Assembly: GCA_030390025.1 (NCBI GenBank)
Contig: CM059453.1
Location: forward strand, 12,586,001-12,650,000
Length of the DNA: 64,000 nucleotides
DNA from: Squalus acanthias
Lineage: Eukaryota
Direction: 5' to 3'
Every line of letters starts with the position of its first letter. The stretch's first letter is position 1. A program made the translations under genes and the position numbers. The notes under the pieces were generated by a model that searched no databases, had not been told where the DNA came from, and saw nothing but the letters and a program-made list of their open reading frames with translations. Below are positions 53,501-62,500 of this stretch, piece after piece.

Positions 53501-56500
53501 TGAGATTCCTGAACGTGGGTCTGAAAGGAATAGAAGATTAAACGGTTTTGTCTGAGACGAAATATGATGGGTTAGGGCGCATGAGGAGCATAAATATCGG
53601 CATGTTGGGCCGAAAGTCTGTTTTCTAAGCTATACTTTGTATGATTGGCAATGAAGTGTTGTAAATAACAAATAGCGAAACAGAAGTTGCTTTTTACGAT
53701 TGACATTCTTGGAAATATTAATTCCTGTTGATTCACAAATTAAATGATTTGCTACTTTGCAGAAGATAAGTTGAAAGCAACGGAAGAAGGTAATTGATTT
53801 TGTATTCATTGTTGATAAATTAATTTCTAATCTATATGGTTCCTTTCCCTCATACTTGACATTCCGTTGTTTCCAAAATTCAACTGATCCACATTAGGGA
53901 AGGAATGTTGGATATGTTACTCCGACTATCTCTTTATTAATAGGTTTTTGAAACCTGTAGAAAGGTGGATAGCGGGTGTATGTGTTAAGGTCATGAATTT
54001 CTATTGCAATGTAGGAGCTAAAACGTCTCATTTGCGTTATTGCAGAACTCGCTGCATGCAAAGAAACTTTAAAAGATGCCGGTAAGAGAATGGAATTATT
54101 CTGTGTTTAAAAAATCTATTGCACAGTAATGTTTTAAATTGCCTAAGTATAAAGCAAATAATGCAAGAAAGAAACAATGCAAAAAAGCAAGCATGAAAGA
54201 AAGAAAGAAAGAATGAAAGAAAGAAAGATAGAAAGAATGGTTCAAAGATAGAGAGAAAGAAAGAAGGATATCTAGAAAGAAAGAAAGATAGAAAGAAAGA
54301 AAGAAAGACAGAGAGAAAGAAAGGAAGAAAGCCTCGAAATTATCTGGCGCCTTGTGCGATCACAGGACGACCCAAGGTGTTGCGGGTAATGATGATATTG
54401 CTCGTGATCTTGATGATTATGCTGAGGGACTGCATGATCGTGATGTTGATAGTGACAATAATGGTGATATTTGTGGTGATGATGTTGATGGTGATGGTGA
54501 TGTTGAGAATGCTGTTGATGATTTTGGTTGAAATAGTGATAAATGATGGAGACGGTGAAGATTAAGATGAAGTTGATTATGGTGCTGATGATGGTGGTGA
54601 TGATGGAAATATTGATGAAGATGGTGACGAAGTTGCTAATGGTGAGGAGGTTGATAACACTGATGATGGTGGTGTTGATGATGATGATGTTCGTAATGAT
54701 GATGATAATAAGGAATATGACGAAGGTACCGGTTATTATTTTATTTTACTTATATCTATGATAATTCTCAAAGTAAAGCTTCATGCAATTGTAAATTGGC
54801 AAAATTACTCTTTGGATCAGATCGGCTTTTTCTGTGAGAGATGCAGAACATTCTACTTCTGAAACATAGAGGATTGTAATCCTCTTATGTGATCACATAA
54901 AATGGAGAGAATCACATAGGAAGCTTGTGTAGCACTTCACGTGTCGCCTTTTCAATTGACGTCATTGAAATGGACAATCAAGTGATTGATCGATGTGCTA
55001 CCGAAAAAATGCATTTCACCCCAATATGAACGCCATTGGCTGAATGTGCCAATTGAAGGATGATTGCAAGCGTAACCTAAAAACCTGTATTTTTATAGCG
55101 TTTAACATAGTGATATACCCCTCGACGCTGACACTGAGAGATATAAACAGATAGTAAGACTTGAGAAGAAAAACAAAGAGGTAGATTTGACGCAGCGGCC
55201 GTCAATGATGGAGCGAAGTTCACGCGGTCAGAATTGGAGGAAGAGATCTGTGTGGGGTTTAATGCTGGATGAGGTTACAGAGGTAGGCAGGGGGCGAGGC
55301 CAGAGTGGGATGTGGTGAAAAGGTCAGCATTGGAACAATGTTGATCTCAGCATCAGGGCATCTGTAAATGGAATAAGGGATGTCCACCAGAAATTCGTAT
55401 CCATGTTTGTACGGGATGCCTGAAGCTCTCCGTTATTATTCGTTGCAGGACTGGATGATTCCACGAAAACCCCAGGTGGAGGAAGTTAGCACAAAATGAA
55501 TTGCAGCTGATTAAATAACGAGGGCCGACATTGCAAATGGGCGAAGACACCAAATTGGCGGAATCTTTTTCGAAATCCTTCCAAGGACTTCGGGTTTGTT
55601 GAACAATATGGAATGGATTACCGGCAGGGTCGTATAACGGGCGATAGATGCAACACCGCTCGCTTTTCTTCCCCGCTATTAGCCAAATTCACCCCTAAAT
55701 ATCTGAGCGTAAATCTGACAAGCAGCAAATTGCTAGTATGACATAACTGGAAATATCAGGAAGCACTTTAATAATGAAAGGTTTTGTACAGTTATTATTT
55801 CTGTATTCCAGAACAAGGTGCATCCAAAGGAGCGTTGAAAGATTTAGGTAAAAAAGGATTTTCTGCCTGTAGAGTCCTTTTGTACAGTTATAATCTACAA
55901 CAGCTCATTCCTTTGCTTGAAAACATTTATAATTAAGTAAAGGTTCAAAGGGCTGTGCCACAAGTGTGTCTCAGCCAATCACAACTTGCTGTGTTGAACT
56001 GCATTCTGGGTAATAACCTTTCCTGTGTGTTCTGAAATAAATTCCTCGCTACTTACAGAAGAGAAACTCAAAGCAACAGAAGACGGTAATTGATTTTTAA
56101 TTTCAGTGTTTACAAATGCATTCTAATTGGAATTAATAAGAACATAGGATCAGGAGAAGTACATTGAGCCACTCGGGCTTTTTGCCCCATATATTGAACA
56201 ATGTTCCCCCAAACTTTGAAACTGAAAAAGAAATGTTGCAATATAAATTAAACGCGACCGTGGCGAAATGGTGGAGAATCAGAGAGCACCGCTTTAAATT
56301 GATTTGCAAAGGAACCAAATGCGACATGAAGAAAAAAATGTTGCTGACAGCGAGTTCTTCACATCTGGAATGCACTGCCTGAAAGAGTGGTGAAGGTAGA
56401 CTCAATCATTGCGATCAAAAGTCAACTGGCTAAGTACCTGAAGGAAAAAATGACGAAGGGAAAGAGGGAAATGAAGGGGGAGTGGGACTGGCTGAAGTGC

Positions 56501-59500
56501 TCTAGCAGACAGCTGGCATGGGCTCGACCGGCCGAATGACCTCCGTCTCTGCTGTTAATTTTCTATGAACCTGTTATTGACCGATCACATCAGAAGCCTC
56601 TTCTGTACTCATTACTATTTCATCTTTTGAACGTCAAGGTAAAGAAGAATTAGGAAGGGTGTTTGATAGACTAGAGATTGAATATATTTCATCACAAAAT
56701 ATTCATTATTGACTGGATGTACCAGCGGAAGGAAAATCGCCAATATACTGAAATAACCTGCCTCTATACTTGTCTTTAACATAATAAAATGCTCCAAGGC
56801 GCCTCACAGGTGCATTATCAAAGTGCATGTGTCAAATAGACAGTTCAAGTGATATTAGAGTAGTGCAGAGATATGGATGTGTTGAAGGGCTGTAGGAGGA
56901 AACAGAGACAGGGGCGAGTGTCGTCATAAAGGATTTGTAATAAAGGATGATGTTTTGAAAAATTCTCAGATCCACATCTTGGCATCTGTAGTTGGTGCTT
57001 TTAAATCAGAATCTCTCTTTGTATAGGTTGCCTAAAGAGCTTTGTCATTATTCTTCGCAGAACTGGAAGAGTACAAGAAAACTCCAGATGGACAAGGTTA
57101 GGACATTATGTAGAGTGCTGGGGTAGAAATTCGACTTGGCTGGGGCGGTAAACGAGCATTTATCACATTGGCAGATCTTGCTGCTGAAGTCAATCAAAGT
57201 GAATATCATGCGGGTCAAATTACAGGAGGCCTATACGGTAAGGCCAGTTTTACACCAAAGCCCAACATCTGATTCCTATACTGGTCCTTCTCACTATTAA
57301 GGAGGAGTTAAATTTCTCTTCACATTACAGTGGGTTGAAAACCTAGGCGAGAAATTGGACATGGGAGGTCTTGGCATATTCGCAGAATCTCCCTTTGCTC
57401 CCGTTTTCAGACACGCCCTATATTCAGATCTTCGAAGTGAATGGAACTGATAACGGCGAGTTGCACATAACGGGTAACTGATGCTTAGGGCCCGTTATGC
57501 GTGACCGGCCATTTCCAATTTCACACCTCAATCCCTGACGGGCAATCTGTTAAAGGAGCTTCAGCAGCAACCAACTGGTTTATCGTAAATGTTAGTTGCT
57601 TTCCTGTGAAGCAATATTGGCTGGAAAAATTACTTTTCCCGAGGAAAACTGACACAATGCAATATTTAGAAAACGAGCAGATGAATTCTACCTGTTTTTC
57701 CAGGGACAATATTTATCCCTCAAACTACATCACTAAAAAACAACATATTTTCTGGTCATTTATTTCATTTTATGTTGTGCGAGATTGCTGTGTGTAAATT
57801 GGCTGCCGCAATCCCAACGTTACAACTGTGAATACGCTTCAAATATAAGTCACTGGCTGTGACTCGTCTTCGAGCGTCTGGAGTTGGTGAAAGGCACGAT
57901 AGAAAACACGTTGTTTCATTTTTAACACGTCCTCTGCGCAATTGTAACTGACAAGTTATTCACAAAATTTTGGAGCTCTGTGCAAACTTGGGGGTGAAAT
58001 GTAACGAATGTCTATTGAAATGGATGAGATGTAATGTTTATCGTTGTTTATTCCAGTACTCGCTGCATGTAAAGAGATATTGAAGAATACAGGTAAGGAG
58101 TGGGATGTCTATCCATACAGAAATTTGGAAAGTTATAGTGCATAACAGAATAAATTATTTACAGGACTCAAAATAATGCAATCTTTCAGTGTGCGATAAC
58201 AGTGTTAGCTTTCCCTTCTTATTTTACATGAAAACCTGTCTCTTAAATTCTAATGCTGTCCTTAACCATATTCACACAATTTCCCTTTCAAAATTCCACG
58301 ATGTGCTCGTTGACCTGTATTGGCTCCGGTTCGAGCAACATATTTGTCTTAAATCTGTCATCCTTGAGGACAAAATATTCAGTGTCTCCTGAATCTATAT
58401 ATTGCTGTAACATTCGCTAAATTGACAAATATCCGAGATTTTGCATTCATCCAATTCCATCCGCCAATACCTCTTGTGCATGCACCTATTTTGATCTCTC
58501 CATCCTTGACATCTGTGCCTTCTGCCGCTTTCATCCTAAGCTCTGGAAACAGATGCCTGAACGAATTGCCTCTCCTCCTCTCTCTATTCCTTTAATTCAC
58601 TCTTTAAAAATGAGTGCTTTGATCAAGCTATTGTCCACATGCCCTAATAAATGAAAACGGTGTAAATACGAGAGAGGGGAACGAGGATCGAAAGGGAACT
58701 GATAAACACTTTCTGTAAATGTAGGGACCAAAGTTAATCAGGCCATGAAAAAGCAAAAGAAGGACTCGGACTAATTTCGATAGCAACAGAACTGAAAAGC
58801 AGACACTGAGTAACAGATTTGTTTAGAACTTTAGGCTGAGCGCTCTTGAAATACTGTGCAAAGTTATGGTCTCCATATTATAAAAATAATATCGAGTCCC
58901 AATGGAAACTGTAAAAAATGGTTACAGGTGCGATTCTTGAACTGAGATTCCTGAACGTGGGTCTGAAAGGAATAGAAGATTAAACGGTTTGTCTGAGACG
59001 AAATATGATGGGTTGGGGCGCATGTGGAGCATAAATATCGGCATGTTGGGCCGAAAGTCTGTTTTCTAAGCTTTACTTTGTATGATTGGCAATGAAGTGT
59101 TGTAAAAAACAAATAGCGAAACAGAAGTTGCTTTTTACGATTGACATTCTTGGAAATATTAATTCCTGTTGATTCACAAATTAAATGATTTGCTACTTTG
59201 CAGAAGATAAGTTGAAAGCAACGGAAGAAGGTAATTGATTTTGTATTCATTGTTGATAAATTAATTTCTAATCTATATGGTTCCTTTCCCTCATACTTGA
59301 CATTCCGTTGTTTCCAAAATTCAACTGATCCACATTAGGGAAGGAATGTTGGATATGTTACTCCGACTATCTCTTTATTAATAGGTTTTTGAAACCTGTA
59401 GAAAGGTGGATAGCGGGTGTATGTGTTAAGGTCATGAATTTCTATTGCAATGTAGGAGCTAAAACGTCTCATTTGCGTTATTGCAGAACTCGCTGCATGC

Positions 59501-62500
59501 AAAGAAACTTTAAAAGATGCCGGTAAGAGAATGGAATTATTCTGTGTTTAAAAAATCTATTGCACAGTAATGTTTTAAATTGCCTAAGTATAAAGCAAAT
59601 AATGCAAGAAAGAAACAATGCAAAAAAGCAAGCATGAAAGAAAGAAAGAATGAAAGAAAGAAAGATAGAAAGAATGGTTCAAAGATAGAAAGAAAGAAAG
59701 AAGGATATCTAGAAAGAAAGAAAGATAGAAAGAAAGAAAGACAGACAGAGAGAAAGAAAGGAAGAAAGCCTCGAAATTATCTGGCGCCTTGTGCGATCAC
59801 AGGACGACCCAAGGTGTTGCGGGTAATGATGAGATTGCTCGTGATCTTGATGATTATGCTGAGGGACTGCATGATCGTGATGTAGATAGTGACAATAATG
59901 GTGATATTTGTCGTGATGATGTTGAGGGTGATGGTGATGTTGAGAATGCTGTTGATGATTTAGGTTGAAATAGTGATAAACGATGGTGACGGTGAAGATT
60001 AAGATGAAGTTGATTATGGTGCTGATGATGGTGGTGATGATGGAAATATTGATGAAGATGGTGACGAAGTTGCTAATGGTGAGGAGTTTGATAATACTGA
60101 TGATGGTGGTGTTGATGATGATGATGTTCGTAATGATGATGATAATAAGGAATATGACGAAGGTACCGGTTATTATTTTATTTTACTTATATCTATGATA
60201 ATTCTCAAAGTAAAGCTTCATGCAATTGTAAATTGGCAAAATTACTCTTTGGATCAGATCGGCTTTTTCTGTGAGAGATGCAGAATATTCTACTTCTGAA
60301 ACATAGAGGATGGTAATCCTCTTGTGTGATCACATAAAATGGAGAGAATCACATAGGAAGCTTGTGTAGCACTTCACGTGTCGCCTTTTCAATTGACGTC
60401 ATTGAAATGGACAATCAAGTGATTGATCGATGTGCTACCGAAAAAATGCATTTCACCCCAATATGAACGCCATTGGCTGAATGTGCCAATTGAAGGATGA
60501 TTGCAAGCGTAACCTAAAAACCTGTATTTTTATAGCGTTTAACATAGTGATATACCCCTCGACGCTGACACTGAGAGATATAAACAGATAGTAAGACTTG
60601 AGAAGAAAAACAAAGAGGTAGATTTGACGCAGCGGCCGTCAATGATGGAGCGAAGTTCACGCGGTCAGAATTGGAGGAAGAGATCTGCGTGGGGTTTAAT
60701 GCTGGATGAGGTTACAGAGGTAGGCAGGGGGCGAGGCCAGAGCGGGATGTGGTGAAAAGGTCAGCATTGGAACAATGTTGATCTCAGCATCAGGGCATCT
60801 GTAAATGGAATAAGGGATGTCCACCAGAAATTCGTATCCATGTTTGTTTGGTTTGCCTGAAGCTCTCCGTTATTATTCGTTGCAGGACTGGATGATTCCA
60901 CGAAAACCCCAGGTGGGGGAGGTTAGCACAAAATGAATTGCAGCTGATTAAATAACGAGGGCCGACATTGCAAATGGGCGAAGACACCAAATTGGCGGAA
61001 TCTTTTTCGAAATCCTTCCAAGGACTTCGGGTTTGTTGAACAATATGGAATGGATTACCGGCAGGGTCGTATAACGGGCGATAGATACAACACCGCTCGC
61101 TTTTCTTCCCCGCTATTAGCCAAATTCACCCCTAAATATCTGAGCGTAAATCTGACAAGCAGCAAATTGCTAGTATGACATAACTGGCAATATCAGGAAG
61201 CTCTTTAACAATGAAAGGTTTTGTACAGTTATTATTTCTGTATTCCAGAACAAGGTGCATCCAAAGGAGCGTTGAAAGATTTAGGTAAAAAAGGATTTTC
61301 TGCCTGTAGAGTCCTTTTGTACAGTTATAATCTACAACAGCTCATTCCTTTGCTTGAAAATATTTATAATTAAGTAAAGGTTCAAAGGGCTGTGGCACAA
61401 GTATGTCTCAGCCAATCACAGCTTGCTGTGTTGAACTGCATTCTGGGTAATAAACTTTCCTGTGTGTTCTGAAATAAATTCCTCGCTACTTACAGAAGAG
61501 AAACTCAAAGCAACAGAAGACGGTAATTAATTTTTAATTTCAGTGTTTACAAATGCATTCTAATTGGAATTAATAAGAACATAGGATCAGGAGAAGTACA
61601 TTGAGCCACTCGGGCTTTTTGCCCCATATATTGAACAAAGTTCCCCCAAACTTTGAAACTGAAAAAGAAATGTTGCAATATAAATTAAACGCGACCGTGG
61701 CGAAATGGTGGAGAATCAGAGAGCACCGCTTTAAATTGATTTTCAAAGGAACCAAATGCGACATGAAGAAAAAAATATTGCTGACAGCGAGTTCTTCACA
61801 TCTGGAATGCACTGCCTGAAAGAGTGGTGAAGGTAGACTCAATCATTGCTATCAAAAGTCAACTGGCTAAGTACCTGAAGGAAAAAATGACGAAGGGAAA
61901 GAGGGAAATGAAGGGGGAGTGGGACTGGCTGAAGTGCTCTAGCAGACAGCTGGCATGGGCTCGACCGGCCGAATGACCTCCGTCTCTGCTGTTAATTTTC
62001 TATGAAACTATTATTGACCGATCACATCAGAAGCCTCTTCTGTACTCATTACTATTTCATCTTTTGAACGTCAAGGTAAAGAAGAATTAGGAAGGGTGTT
62101 TGATAGACTAGAGATTGAATATATTTCATCACAAAATATTCATTATTGACTGGATGTACCAGCGGAAGGAAAATCGCCAATATACTGAAATAACCTGCCT
62201 CTATACTTGTCTTTAACATAATAAAATGCTCCAAGGCGCCTCACAGGTGCATTATCAAAGTGCATGTGTCAAATAGACAGTTCAAGTGATATTAGAGTAG
62301 TGCAGAGATATGGATGTGTTGAAGGGCTGTAGGAGGAAACAGAGACAGGGGCGAGTGTCGTCATAAAGGATTTGTAATAAAGGATGATGTTTTGAAAAAT
62401 TCTCAGATCCACATCTTGGCATCTGTAGTTGGTGCTTTTAAATCAGAATCTCTCTTTGTATAGGTTGCCTAAAGAGCTTTGTCATTATTCTTCGCAGAAC

